Under the pieces are notes generated by a model. It was not told where the DNA came from, ran no database searches, and saw only the letters and a program-made list of their open reading frames with translations. A stretch of 50,403 nt of DNA, from assembly GCA_964401625.1 (NCBI GenBank), contig CAYNYY010000003.1, positions 1 to 50,403 on the forward strand, given 5' to 3'. This stretch comes from an uncultured Candidatus Saccharibacteria bacterium (GTDB lineage: Bacteria > Patescibacteriota > Minisyncoccia > Phycocordibacterales > UBA9973). Below are positions 38,389 through 48,547 of the stretch, piece after piece. The position numbers and the translations under genes were made by a program. Position 1 is the stretch's first letter; every line of letters begins with the position of its first letter.

Positions 38389-38597
38389 AAATAATTGCAA
38401 CAATTTTACTTTTGGTCTTTGGGGTAATTTATTATCCATTAAATTCTCTTTATTTATTTACTCAAAAATGGTATTTACCAATGTGGAAAAAAGATAAATT
38501 TATTTATTTCGCTTTTGCTCCTTTTTATTGGATATTAGTTATAATCGTTACCATTATTTCGGTCCCATATGAAGAACTTTATAAATTAACAGGCTAA
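38385..38597 (+). CDS. Small two-TM membrane protein, hypothetical
   Basis: It has an ATGA start/stop overlap with trpS. Two hydrophobic segments are present, and aspS starts 4 nt after its stop. Confidence 0.5.
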   Translation: MKIIATILLLVFGVIYYPLNSLYLFTQKWYLPMWKKDKFIYFAFAPFYWILVIIVTIISVPYEELYKLTG

Positions 38598-38601
38598 CTA
38601 T

Positions 38602-39951
38602 ATGATAAATCGTACTTATATTAAAGACTTAAAAAATTTCATTGGATCAACTGTAACTGTCGCTGGTTGGGTTAATGTTCGCAGAGATCAAGGAAAACTT
38701 GTATTTATAGATATGAGAGATATGACTGGAATAATTCAGTGTGTCGTCTTACCGAATCATAAAGAAGCAATGGAAATGATTAAAGAAGCTAGGAATGAAT
38801 GGGTTTTAAAGATAGAAGGTATTGTAAATAAGCGTCCTGATAAAAATATAAAAAAAGATATTCTAAATGGAGATATTGAACTTGAAATAACAAAAGTGGG
38901 AATTTTGGCTACAGCAGCTGCCTTACCGTTTGATTTGTCTTTAGATGGATATAATTTAGAATTAACCACGGAGCTTGATCATAGAGCTTTAGTTCTAAGA
39001 CAACCTAAAATACAAGCTATTTTCAAAGTTCAAGAAACAGTCATTGATTCTTTTAGAGAGTTTATGAAAAAAAATATGTTTTTTGAATTTCAAGCACCAT
39101 CCATTACTCCAGCCACTGCTGAAGGAGGGGCTGAAGTTTTTGAAATCAATTATTTTGATAAAAAAGCTTATCTATCACAATCACCTCAACTTTATAAACA
39201 AATAGTTATGTCAGCTTTTGAAAGGTGTTTTTCTGTTAATAAAGTTTTTCGGGCTGAGCCATCATCAACCACAAGACACTTAACTGAAATAGTTTCATTA
39301 GACGCAGAAATGAGTTTTGTTGACTCTTGGAAAGAAATTCGTGATATGGCAGAAAAAACCGTTAAGTATATTTTAGAACAAGTTAGAATAAGAAATATTC
39401 AGCACTTAAAATTATTAAATGTTGAATTACCAGTAATGATAGATAAAACGCCTACTTTATCTTTGAGAGAAGTTCAACAAAAAATTTTCGAAAAATTTGG
39501 ACGTGATGTTCGTGGAGAGAAAGATATGAATCCTCAAGATGAAAGGGAAATTGGTCAAATAATAAAAGAAGAAACGGGTTCCGATTTTGTATTTATTTAT
39601 GGTTACCCTACTAAACAAAAACCATTTTATGTTTATCCAAATCCAGAAGAACCAGAATATAATGAAGGTATAGATTTACTTTGTCGTGGAATAGAGTGGC
39701 TTTCTGGGGGGAGAAGAATAAATGATTATAATCAACTTAAGGATCATATTAAAATATGGGGAATGGATTCTAATAAAATTAAAATGTTTCTTGAAGCATT
39801 TAAATATGGAGTTGCACCAGAAGGAGGTTTTGCTTTTGGAGCAGAGCGTATTACCATGCAATTATTAGGATTAAAAAATATTCGTGAAGCTTCTATGTTT
39901 CCAAGAGATATGAATAGAATAGATGAAAGATTAACAGATGAGGGTTATTAA
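38602..39951 (+). CDS. aspS: Aspartyl-tRNA synthetase, archaeal/eukaryal-type class IIb
   Basis: It has an OB fold at the N-terminus, QSPQLYKQ, motif 2 (FRAEPSSTTRHLTE) and motif 3 (GGFAFGAERITMQLLGLKNIREASMFPRD). The protein is 449 aa. Confidence 0.88.
   Translation: MINRTYIKDLKNFIGSTVTVAGWVNVRRDQGKLVFIDMRDMTGIIQCVVLPNHKEAMEMIKEARNEWVLKIEGIVNKRPDKNIKKDILNGDIELEITKVGILATAAALPFDLSLDGYNLELTTELDHRALVLRQPKIQAIFKVQETVIDSFREFMKKNMFFEFQAPSITPATAEGGAEVFEINYFDKKAYLSQSPQLYKQIVMSAFERCFSVNKVFRAEPSSTTRHLTEIVSLDAEMSFVDSWKEIRDMAEKTVKYILEQVRIRNIQHLKLLNVELPVMIDKTPTLSLREVQQKIFEKFGRDVRGEKDMNPQDEREIGQIIKEETGSDFVFIYGYPTKQKPFYVYPNPEEPEYNEGIDLLCRGIEWLSGGRRINDYNQLKDHIKIWGMDSNKIKMFLEAFKYGVAPEGGFAFGAERITMQLLGLKNIREASMFPRDMNRIDERLTDEGY
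39053..39104 (+). repeat. aspS-internal partner of the 52-bp exact inverted repeat
   Basis: TTAGAGAGTTTATGAAAAAAAATATGTTTTTTGAATTTCAAGCACCATCCAT is the reverse complement of 20331-20382, checked base by base. Confidence 0.9.
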
Positions 39952-39981
39952 GATTTAGTAAAAAATCAGAATAAGAATAAA

Positions 39982-40007
39982 AAAACCCTGTCTAATAAAA
40001 CAGGGTT
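39982..40007. terminator. Bidirectional terminator between aspS and the orphan gene
   Basis: AAACCCTGT / CTAATAAA / ACAGGGTTT forms the stem. On the minus strand it is followed by a T run of 8, so it is strongest for the gene at 40033-40926. Confidence 0.75.
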
Positions 40008-40032
40008 TAAACAATTATCTAACAAAAAAAGA

Positions 40033-40926
40033 TTATTCTAAATAATCAAATTCTTCTGCTAGATAATATTCTTTCCAATACTCTTCTATTCCCCTTTTTA
40101 TTTTCTGAGAATCTTTTTTTAGAAGAAATTTTTTTTGGGGAATATTAAAGTACTTATCATCATTGATAAGCACTATATCTTCAATTCCATTTTTCTTTAA
40201 TCGTTCATACATGATGCAGGCATCATTATAATAAGAACAATTATAATTTGGATTGAATTCTAGCCGCAGCAGAATTATTTTTTTAGCATCTTTTTTCAGG
40301 AGCTCAGTCATTGAGTTTATGTTAACGATGTTGCAGCCACCCTTTTTTTGAATGACAACAATCTTACTACTTGAAAAATTATACACAGGAGACATATCCT
40401 CCAAGTCCTGAGTAAAGAGAAGTTTCATAAGTTTAACTGTAACTGTGTTATTGGTAAACTTAACAATTTTACTTATTTTTCTACCTTTCAAAAACTCCAC
40501 TTTCCCCTCATTAATATCTCTTGACTTAAGATCAAGAAAGGAATCAACAGAAAAAATTTTTCCTCTATCAATCCCGCTGATAAAGAGAATTCTCCATTTT
40601 TTCGGTTTTCTCAAAAGGATAAACCCCAAATGAATCATCTCTTCGTTAAAATAAAACGAAGAGATGTTTTTCAATATCTTCACAGGAAATTGATTTACAA
40701 TTATATTATAAGTATATTCTCTGCCTTCCCTTATTGGGCAGAGAATGAAATATCTATTAGATTTGTACAACCTGTCTATACAAACACCTTGACAGGTAAA
40801 GGTAAAATTACCTCTAGATATCGTTATGCTTTTACTAATTTCGAACTTAAAATTTTCCGGTAGTAAATTTTTTACATCTGGAACGTTTTCGGCCTTTACG
40901 GCACGGATTCCATATTGATTTCTCAT
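40033..40926 (-). CDS. Orphan hypothetical protein of 297 aa
   Basis: It is a long ORF with its own consensus-like promoter and strong terminator, opposite in orientation to its neighbours. I recognise no family motif in it. Confidence 0.65.
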   Translation of the reverse strand: MRNQYGIRAVKAENVPDVKNLLPENFKFEISKSITISRGNFTFTCQGVCIDRLYKSNRYFILCPIREGREYTYNIIVNQFPVKILKNISSFYFNEEMIHLGFILLRKPKKWRILFISGIDRGKIFSVDSFLDLKSRDINEGKVEFLKGRKISKIVKFTNNTVTVKLMKLLFTQDLEDMSPVYNFSSSKIVVIQKKGGCNIVNINSMTELLKKDAKKIILLRLEFNPNYNCSYYNDACIMYERLKKNGIEDIVLINDDKYFNIPQKKFLLKKDSQKIKRGIEEYWKEYYLAEEFDYLE

Positions 40927-40968
40927 TTTTTAGTTTTTTTATGTGAAAGAATTTATTTACTTGTAAAA

Positions 40969-40997
40969 AGCATACCACATTGATATATTTTAGTCAA
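40969..40997 (-). promoter_or_regulatory. Promoter of the orphan gene, TTGACT-17-TATGCT on the minus strand
   Basis: The minus-strand -35 is at 40997-40992, followed by a 17-nt spacer and the -10 at 40974-40969, about 40 nt upstream of the ATG at 40926. Confidence 0.5.
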
Positions 40998-41047
40998 ATT
41001 TTTGTCCATTCAACCTTCTGGGACGACAAATATGATAGAATGATAAA

Positions 41048-41824
41048 ATGCTGGAAGAATCTTCTTCATTACAATATAAAGTTCAAACTGAAAGTTTTGA
41101 AGGACCGCTTGATTTATTACTTTCTTTAATTGAAAAAAGAAAGCTTTTTGTTAATGAAATATCATTAGCCGAAGTAACAAATAACTATATAGCTTATATT
41201 AAATTAATATCTGATACGCCAACAGAAAAGCACATAGCGGATGTCTCATATTTTATATTAGTAGCTGCAACATTAATTTTAATTAAATCAAAATCATTAT
41301 TACCTAATATAGAATTAACTGAAGATGAAACTGAAAAAATTTCTAATCTGGAACAAAGATTAATTTTATACCAAATAATTAAGAAATCTAGTATAGAGAT
41401 TAGAAATGAATTTGGAATCAATATAATCTATAAACCCAATGATCGTATTTGGGGAGATCATATTTTTATTCCTCATGAAATTATGACAGTTCCAAACCTT
41501 TATCAATCTATCTCTAATGTTTTATCAAAATTACCTGAAATAATAAAAAAAGAAACAGGGGTAGAAATTAAAAAAATAATTAATATTGATGAAGTTATTA
41601 ATAGTCTTACTGATCGTATCCAAAATAGTATTAATATTTCTTTTAAAGAATTTTCTGAAAGTCATGGAGCAAAAAATGCAGAAGAGATACGGATACATGT
41701 TATCGTTTCTTTTTTGGCTATGTTAGAATTAGTTAGAGAAGGTATCATAAATGTAATTCAGAATACTTCCTTTGGTGATATTGAAATTAATAAACAAGAA
41801 GTCGTAGATGTTGGACATTTATAG
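41048..41824 (+). CDS. scpA: Segregation and condensation protein A (kleisin)
   Basis: The segments FEGPLDLLLSLIEKRKL and VSFLAMLELVREG are present. Confidence 0.85.
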   Translation: MLEESSSLQYKVQTESFEGPLDLLLSLIEKRKLFVNEISLAEVTNNYIAYIKLISDTPTEKHIADVSYFILVAATLILIKSKSLLPNIELTEDETEKISNLEQRLILYQIIKKSSIEIRNEFGINIIYKPNDRIWGDHIFIPHEIMTVPNLYQSISNVLSKLPEIIKKETGVEIKKIINIDEVINSLTDRIQNSINISFKEFSESHGAKNAEEIRIHVIVSFLAMLELVREGIINVIQNTSFGDIEINKQEVVDVGHL

Positions 41825-41848
41825 TTATTAATAGGAAATTAAATTATT

Positions 41849-42394
41849 ATGACGATTGGATTAGAATCAAAAATAGAAGGATTACTTTTTTATAAAGGCG
41901 AAGAAGTAACGATTAAAGAACTATCAACTATTTTAAAAGTAACCATTACAGAAATAGATGAGGCTTTAGAAAGATTAGAAGAAAATCTCCTCGGTCGAGG
42001 AATAGTTTTAGTTAAAAAAGATGATTCTGTGGTTCTTGGAATTACCAAAGAATTAAGTTCTTTAATCACATCTATTCGCAATGAAGAAATAGGGAAAGAA
42101 CTTTCAAAAGCATCATTGGAAACATTATCTATTATTTTGTATAAAAATAATATTTCAAGAAGTGAAATCGATTATATTCGTGGAGTAAATTCTAATTTTA
42201 TTTTACATAGTTTACTAATTCGTGGTTTAATAGAAAAAGTTACTAAAGATAAGAAAAGTCGAAGAATTCTTTATCGCCCTACATTTGAAGCCCTTTCATA
42301 TATGGGGATTACGACGATAAATCAACTCCCTAATTATGTTGAAGTTGTGAATAAATTAGAAGAAACTTTAAATCAAGAAGAGAAAAATGATTAA
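41849..42394 (+). CDS. scpB: Segregation and condensation protein B
   Basis: The segments IEGLLFYKGEEVTIKEL and SKASLETLSIILYKNNISRSEIDYIRGV match the tandem wHTH pattern, and the gene follows scpA. Confidence 0.85.
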   Translation: MTIGLESKIEGLLFYKGEEVTIKELSTILKVTITEIDEALERLEENLLGRGIVLVKKDDSVVLGITKELSSLITSIRNEEIGKELSKASLETLSIILYKNNISRSEIDYIRGVNSNFILHSLLIRGLIEKVTKDKKSRRILYRPTFEALSYMGITTINQLPNYVEVVNKLEETLNQEEKND

Positions 42395-43439
42395 TGCCAT
42401 TAAAATTTTATTACCAGCAACAATAAGTTTCATAATTGGAATATTAATAACTCCAATAATGACGCATTATTTTTATAAGTATAAAATGTGGCGAAGAGTT
42501 TCAAGAAATAATAATCTTTCAAAAAGTGGGGGTTTTAATAAAATCCATAATGAAGCAGAAGAATTATCTACTCCAAGAACTGGAGGTATGATAATATGGA
42601 TTTCAGTTCTTTTTACAATATTTATAGTTTTTTTGATAAATTTTTTCTTTCATAATAGTTTGACTAATAAATTGTATTTTATTAGTCGTAATCAAACAAT
42701 ATTGCCTCTTTTCACTCTTATTGTAGCGTCTCTCATTGGACTAGGAGATGATTTTCTACAAATTTTTGGCAAAGGTAAATGGTTAACTGACCCGATTATT
42801 CTCCGTTATATAAAAATTTCAATAATTCTATTTTTAGGATTAATCATCGGCTGGTGGTTCTTCGCAAAACTAGGAATTTCTGATCTTTATATTCCTTGGT
42901 ATGGTTTCATTAATTTGGGGTATCTATTCATACCATTCTTTATTTTTATAATGCTAGGAGTTTGGTCTTCCAGTGTCATTGACGGAATAGATGGATTATC
43001 AGGAGGTGTGTTAGCTTCAATTTTTGCTAGCTATACTTTAATAGCTTTCTTCCATAATCAAATGGATTTAGCAACCTTCAGTGCTGTTATTACTGGAGGA
43101 ATATTAGCATTTTTGTGGTTTAATATTCCTCCGGCAAGATTTTATATGGGGGAAACTGGAATGATAGGTTTAACTGTAACCTTGGCGGTAATGGCCTTCT
43201 TAACTAATACTGTTTTATTATTACCAATTATAGCCTTTCCTCTTTTTATTACTTCACTCTCAAATATCATTCAAATGTCAGCTAAGAAATATTTTAATAT
43301 TCCAAAAGTATTTCTTTATGCACCTCTGCATCATCATTTTGAAGCTTTGGGTTGGCCGAAATATAAAGTAACTATGCGTTATTGGGTCGCAGGTTCTATA
43401 ACCGCAATTATTGGAGTAATTATTTCACTTATCAGTTAA
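42387..43439 (+). CDS. mraY: Phospho-N-acetylmuramoyl-pentapeptide transferase MraY
   Basis: It is a multi-TM protein with GLGDDFLQI, DGIDGLSGG and PLHHHFEALGW. It overlaps scpB by 8 nt. Confidence 0.92.
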   Translation: MINAIKILLPATISFIIGILITPIMTHYFYKYKMWRRVSRNNNLSKSGGFNKIHNEAEELSTPRTGGMIIWISVLFTIFIVFLINFFFHNSLTNKLYFISRNQTILPLFTLIVASLIGLGDDFLQIFGKGKWLTDPIILRYIKISIILFLGLIIGWWFFAKLGISDLYIPWYGFINLGYLFIPFFIFIMLGVWSSSVIDGIDGLSGGVLASIFASYTLIAFFHNQMDLATFSAVITGGILAFLWFNIPPARFYMGETGMIGLTVTLAVMAFLTNTVLLLPIIAFPLFITSLSNIIQMSAKKYFNIPKVFLYAPLHHHFEALGWPKYKVTMRYWVAGSITAIIGVIISLIS

Positions 43440-43448
43440 TTATAAAAA

Positions 43449-44561
43449 ATGGTTAAAAGAAAAATTGATAAAACTTTTTTTTGGATAGTTATTACTCTTG
43501 TTATTTTTGGAATAATAGTTTTCACTTCCGCTTCACTTGGAATATTAGCTAGAAATGAAGCTAAATTCTATGCGGTCATTTTTAATCAATTTGTTTTTGG
43601 ACTTTTGGGTGGTCTTATAGCCCTTTATTTTTGCTCAAGAATATCATATAAATTTTGGAGGAGTTATTCTTTAGTTTTTTTTATAATTTCTGTGATATTA
43701 ACTTTGCTTGTTTTTATTCCTCATATTGGGGTTTCTCATGGTGGTGCAAAACGCTGGATTGAAATTTGGAGAATTTCTCTACAACCTGTAGAGTTCTTGA
43801 AAATAGCATTCATAATGTATTTCGCAGCCCTATTATCTTTAGCTAAAAATAGGATTCATAAATTTCGTTTTAGTTTTTTACCTCTTATCATTTTATTAGG
43901 ATTAATTTCTATCATTCTTCTGGAACAGCCAGACACGAAAAACATTATTTTGATAACTATTACAGCACTTGCAATGTTATTTGTATCTGGAGTTTCTTGG
44001 AAGAAAATAATTGGATTTATTTTTGTTATTTTAATTGGATTTGGTATTTTAGCTTCATTTAAACCATATTTAATGAATCGTATTAATACATTTTTCAATC
44101 CTAATCAAAACGGGAGGGGAACCTCTTACCAAATTCAGCAATCATTAATAGCTATTGGTTCAGGTGGAATATTTGGAAGGGGACTTGGACAGAGTATTCA
44201 GAAATTTAATTATTTACCTGAGCCACAAGGAGATTCAATTTTTGCTGTTATAGGTGAAGAGTTAGGTTTTCTCGGTGGAATAATTCTGATAATCTTATAT
44301 GTAACTTTTATTTTTCGTGGTTATAGAATTGCTTATTATTCACCAGACTCATTTAGTAAATTATTAGTTATTGGTTTTGTCACGATCATTACAGCCCAAT
44401 CTTTCATGAATATAGCTTCCATCATTGGAGTTTTTCCATTAACAGGTGTTCCTCTAGTATTTATTAGTCATGGCGGTACATCTCTATTTTTGTCTCTGGT
44501 AATGGTAGGAATTATTTTGAATATATCTAAAAATCAGAAAAAAAATACTAGAAAATTATAG
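43449..44561 (+). CDS. ftsW: SEDS-family peptidoglycan glycosyltransferase (FtsW/RodA)
   Basis: The motifs QPVEFLKIAFIMYFA, QSLIAIGSGGIFGRGLGQS and LPEPQGDSIFAVIGEELGF are present, and the gene lies between mraY and murG. Confidence 0.85.
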   Translation: MVKRKIDKTFFWIVITLVIFGIIVFTSASLGILARNEAKFYAVIFNQFVFGLLGGLIALYFCSRISYKFWRSYSLVFFIISVILTLLVFIPHIGVSHGGAKRWIEIWRISLQPVEFLKIAFIMYFAALLSLAKNRIHKFRFSFLPLIILLGLISIILLEQPDTKNIILITITALAMLFVSGVSWKKIIGFIFVILIGFGILASFKPYLMNRINTFFNPNQNGRGTSYQIQQSLIAIGSGGIFGRGLGQSIQKFNYLPEPQGDSIFAVIGEELGFLGGIILIILYVTFIFRGYRIAYYSPDSFSKLLVIGFVTIITAQSFMNIASIIGVFPLTGVPLVFISHGGTSLFLSLVMVGIILNISKNQKKNTRKL

Positions 44562-44587
44562 CTAGATAAGTTATAATATAAACATAT

Positions 44588-45718
44588 ATGAAAATATTAC
44601 TTACAGGCGGAGGAACGGGTGGACACTTTTATCCTCTAATAGCTATAGCTGAAAAACTTATTGAAATTACCGATGAACAGAAAATTATTGACTTAAAACT
44701 TTATTTTATGTCAAATTCTGCTTACGATAAAAGAATACTTTTTGAAAATAATATTAAATTTGTTCAGATTCCAGCAGGTAAAAGGCGCTCATATCCATCA
44801 ATAAAAAATTTCTTTGATATTTTCTCAACAGGTACAGGCTTATTTTTTGGATTACTCAATATGTTTTTTATTTTTCCTGATGTTGTTGTTTCAAAAGGAG
44901 GTTATTCTGCATTTCCAGCTGTTTTTGCAGCAAGAATTTTAGGTATCCCAGTTGTAATTCACGAATCAGATTCATATCCTGGAAAAGTTAATATTTGGAC
45001 AGCTAAATTCGCTAAAAGAATTGCTGTATCATGGCCAGAGGCAATCAATTTTTTACCCAAAGATAAAACTGCTCTCACTGGACAACCTATTCGTGAAAGT
45101 ATATTACATCCTAATCCTAACGGAGCTAAAGATTTTTTTAAATTTAATGATAATTTACCTGTTATATTAGTTATGGGAGGATCACAAGGAGCTCAGATTA
45201 TTAATAATGTAATTGTTGATATTTTACCAGATCTACTTGCACGTTATCAAATAATTCATCAAACTGGAATAAGAAATTTAGAAGATATTGAATCTCGTTC
45301 TAAATTATTAATAGATGATAGTCCAAATATAAATCATTATAAACCAGTATCTTATTTGAATGATCTTGATATAAGAATGGCAACTGGTATAGCTGATTTA
45401 GTAATTTCTCGTGCTGGATCAACTATTTTTGAAATAGCTTCTTGGGGAATACCTTCAATAATTATTCCAATTACAAATTCAAATGGTAATCATCAAAGAG
45501 AAAATGCATATAATTATGCTAGAACTAAAGCTTGTGAAGTCATTGAGGAAAGTAATTTGACTCCTCATATTTTAATAGAAGAAATTGACAAATTAATGAC
45601 CGATAAAAATAAACTTACTGAGATGAAAAATGGAGCATTAGTATTTACTAGACCAGATGCTTCTAAAGAAATAGCTTTAGAAATAATCAAGATCGCTCTT
45701 TCTCATTTGAAATCTTAA
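44588..45718 (+). CDS. murG: UDP-GlcNAc:lipid I N-acetylglucosaminyltransferase MurG
   Basis: The motifs GGGTGGHFYPLIAIA, HESDSYPG and RAGSTIFEIASWGIPSIIIP are present. Confidence 0.92.
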   Translation: MKILLTGGGTGGHFYPLIAIAEKLIEITDEQKIIDLKLYFMSNSAYDKRILFENNIKFVQIPAGKRRSYPSIKNFFDIFSTGTGLFFGLLNMFFIFPDVVVSKGGYSAFPAVFAARILGIPVVIHESDSYPGKVNIWTAKFAKRIAVSWPEAINFLPKDKTALTGQPIRESILHPNPNGAKDFFKFNDNLPVILVMGGSQGAQIINNVIVDILPDLLARYQIIHQTGIRNLEDIESRSKLLIDDSPNINHYKPVSYLNDLDIRMATGIADLVISRAGSTIFEIASWGIPSIIIPITNSNGNHQRENAYNYARTKACEVIEESNLTPHILIEEIDKLMTDKNKLTEMKNGALVFTRPDASKEIALEIIKIALSHLKS

Positions 45719-45719
45719 T

Positions 45720-47201
45720 ATGGAAATTTCTAACAAAAAAGTCATAACTCGTTTTGCCCCAAGCCCAACTGGTTTTATGCATATTGGTGGTGTCCGAACT
45801 GCTCTTTATGCATGGGCTTATGCTAAACAAAATAACGGTATTTTTATTTTAAGAATAGAAGATACAGATAAACAACGAGAAATAAAAGAAGCTACGCCTC
45901 ATATAATAAAATCACTTAAATGGCTTGGAATAAATTGGGATGAAGGTCCGAATATCGGCGGTCCACATAAACCTTATATTCAATCTAAAAGATTAAATAT
46001 ATATAAGAAATATGCTCAAATTTTGATAGATAAAGGATTGGCTTATGCTGACCCATACAGCAAAGATGAAATTGACTTATTAAGAGAACAATCAAAGAAA
46101 GAAAAAAAACCTTTTTTATATCGTAAATATAGACCCAAAAATCCACCAGCCTGGGATAAATCAAAACCATTACGATTTAAGGTGCCAATCATAAAAACAT
46201 ATGAATGGATAGATGAAGTTAGAGGTAAACTAAAAGCTGGAGAAGAAGCTTTAGATGATTTTATCATAATGAAAAGTGATGGTTATCCAACATATAATTT
46301 TGCTCATATAATAGATGATATAGAGATGGGAGTAACTCATGTTATGCGAGGTCAGGAGTTTATTTCATCTACGCCAAAATTTTTATCTCTATACGAAGCA
46401 CTAGAAATAAAACCACCATTATTTATAACATTACCTCCCATAATGGCTGATAATGGTAATAAAAAATTAAGTAAACGTGATGACGCAAAAGATATTCTCC
46501 AATATAAAAAAGAAGGCTATTTACCAGAAGCTATGTTAAATTTTCTTATATTGATTGGTTGGAATCCAGGTAATGATAAAGAATTGTTTAGTAAAGAAGA
46601 ATTCATAAAATATTTTGATATAAAAAAAATCCAACACAGTGGCGGAAGGTTTAATGAAGAAAAATTAGATTGGATGAATAAGAAATATATAAAATTACTT
46701 CCAAATAAAGAAAAATATAAATATATAAACAATTATATCCCTGAAACTATTAAAAAAATAGGTAACTATAGAGAAATGATTACTAAAATAACTCCTTTAA
46801 TATTAGAAAGAATATCTAATGGTAAAGATATTATAAAAATGGCTGAAATGGGTGAACTAACATATTTTTTTGAAAAACCTATCATAGACAAAGACAAGCT
46901 ATTTTTTAAATCCTCTAAAATAACTGAGCAAAAAACTGATTCTGATTTAATCAGATATTTAACTAAAGCTATTTTACTTTTAAAAAAGATACCAACTAAA
47001 GTTTTTACAAAAGAAAATATCAAAAATAGTTTATGGAATTATTCTGATGAAGTTGGAAGGGGTAATTTACTTTGGCCAATACGCTATGCTTTATCTGGAA
47101 AAAATAAATCTCCAGACCCTTTTGTTTTAGCTGAAATTTTAGGACAAGATGAAACAATAAGTAGATTAAATCAGGCAATTCAAATACTATCTAAAATATA
47201 G
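45720..47201 (+). CDS. gltX: Glutamyl-tRNA synthetase
   Basis: It has RFAPSPTGFMHIGGVRTAL (the HIGH motif) and KLSKR. Whether it is discriminating cannot be read from this window. Confidence 0.93.
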   Translation: MEISNKKVITRFAPSPTGFMHIGGVRTALYAWAYAKQNNGIFILRIEDTDKQREIKEATPHIIKSLKWLGINWDEGPNIGGPHKPYIQSKRLNIYKKYAQILIDKGLAYADPYSKDEIDLLREQSKKEKKPFLYRKYRPKNPPAWDKSKPLRFKVPIIKTYEWIDEVRGKLKAGEEALDDFIIMKSDGYPTYNFAHIIDDIEMGVTHVMRGQEFISSTPKFLSLYEALEIKPPLFITLPPIMADNGNKKLSKRDDAKDILQYKKEGYLPEAMLNFLILIGWNPGNDKELFSKEEFIKYFDIKKIQHSGGRFNEEKLDWMNKKYIKLLPNKEKYKYINNYIPETIKKIGNYREMITKITPLILERISNGKDIIKMAEMGELTYFFEKPIIDKDKLFFKSSKITEQKTDSDLIRYLTKAILLLKKIPTKVFTKENIKNSLWNYSDEVGRGNLLWPIRYALSGKNKSPDPFVLAEILGQDETISRLNQAIQILSKI

Positions 47202-47217
47202 TATAATTAAAACACAA

Positions 47218-48513
47218 ATGAAAAAATTAATACTTATAATTGTTTTAATTATATGTTCTATTTTTATTTTACCAAATAATAAGATATTTGCTTCTACAGC
47301 TAGTGATATCCAACAACAAATTTATGACATAAATATTCAAGTAAAGAATTTGAATATTCAAATCCAAAAATACCAACAGCAAATTTCTAAAAATGGCAAA
47401 AAAAAGACAACTTTAGCTAGAGTAATAAAGAATTTAACTTTAACTAGAAATAAGTTAATGAAACAAAAAGAACAAACCCAAAGAAAAATGACAGCAATTA
47501 GTCTAATTATTAAAAATTTAAATCTTAATATAAATACTCAGCAACAATCTATCAAAAATTCAAAAAGAGTATTAAGTAAAATGATATTTGATATTTATAT
47601 TAACGATAGTAATTCTTTAATGGAAAAATTATTATCTCAAAATAATATATCTGATTTCAGTAATGAATATAACAACATAATTTCTGTCAATGAAAAAATT
47701 ATCCAATATATAACTAAGGTAAAAAATCAAAAAAATACACTTATTTCATCTAAAACTCAAAAAGTGAGCGAACAACAAAATCTAGATTCTTTGAAACAAA
47801 ATCTAAATTTACAACAACAAGCAGTTGAATTTACCCAAAAAACAAAGAATAAAATTTTAAGTGCAACAAAAAATAAAGAAGTTGTTTATAAAAGATTATT
47901 AGCAGAACAAATTAGAAAACGAGATACTTTTGAAAAAAATCTTTTTGATTACGAGGTCCAATTAAAATTTATCTTAAACCCCAATTCACTTCCAGCCAAA
48001 GGTTCAGAAGTCTTATCATGGCCATTGAAGAATATTTTGGTAACTCAATTATTTGGAGTAACTTCATCATCGGGACGTTTATATAGATCTGGCTCACATA
48101 GTGGTATAGATTTTAGAGCTTCAGTTGGGACAAAAGTGATGGCTATGGCTAGTGGAACCGTTGTTGATACAGGTAATACTGATATTTATTGTAAGGGTGC
48201 ATCTTTCGGAAAATGGGTTCTCATTAAATATAATAATGGCCTTTCTAGCACATTTGGACATTTATCTGTAATTTCAGCTAGAGCAGGACAGATAGTTAAA
48301 ACAGGGGATATTGTAGGCTTATCAGGAAGTACTGGTCATGTAACTGGTCCACATCTTCATGTGACTGTTTATGCTTCAAGTGGTGTTAAAGTAGAAAAAG
48401 TACCAAGTCTTACTTGTAATGGTAAATCTTTTATTATGCCGATAGCTCCTATTAATGCCTATCTTAATCCAGCATTATATTTACCAAAAATTACAACTAA
48501 TATGATAAAATAA
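47218..48513 (+). CDS. Secreted M23 (LytM-type) peptidase with an N-terminal coiled coil, EnvC-like in architecture
   Basis: It has a signal/TM peptide, a long Gln/Asn/Lys coiled coil, and the metal motifs HSGIDFRA and GHVTGPHLHV. Confidence 0.85.
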   Translation: MKKLILIIVLIICSIFILPNNKIFASTASDIQQQIYDINIQVKNLNIQIQKYQQQISKNGKKKTTLARVIKNLTLTRNKLMKQKEQTQRKMTAISLIIKNLNLNINTQQQSIKNSKRVLSKMIFDIYINDSNSLMEKLLSQNNISDFSNEYNNIISVNEKIIQYITKVKNQKNTLISSKTQKVSEQQNLDSLKQNLNLQQQAVEFTQKTKNKILSATKNKEVVYKRLLAEQIRKRDTFEKNLFDYEVQLKFILNPNSLPAKGSEVLSWPLKNILVTQLFGVTSSSGRLYRSGSHSGIDFRASVGTKVMAMASGTVVDTGNTDIYCKGASFGKWVLIKYNNGLSSTFGHLSVISARAGQIVKTGDIVGLSGSTGHVTGPHLHVTVYASSGVKVEKVPSLTCNGKSFIMPIAPINAYLNPALYLPKITTNMIK

Positions 48514-48547
48514 TGTTTTTTACTATAAATGATGATATAATAATTAT

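Noticed and set aside
40100-40200. A PD-(D/E)xK nuclease-like string (EDIVLINDDK) near the C-terminus of the orphan protein.
   Set aside because: The acidic residue and the DxK are only about 6 residues apart, and there is no supporting secondary-structure or motif context. This is likely chance in a Lys/Asp-rich protein.
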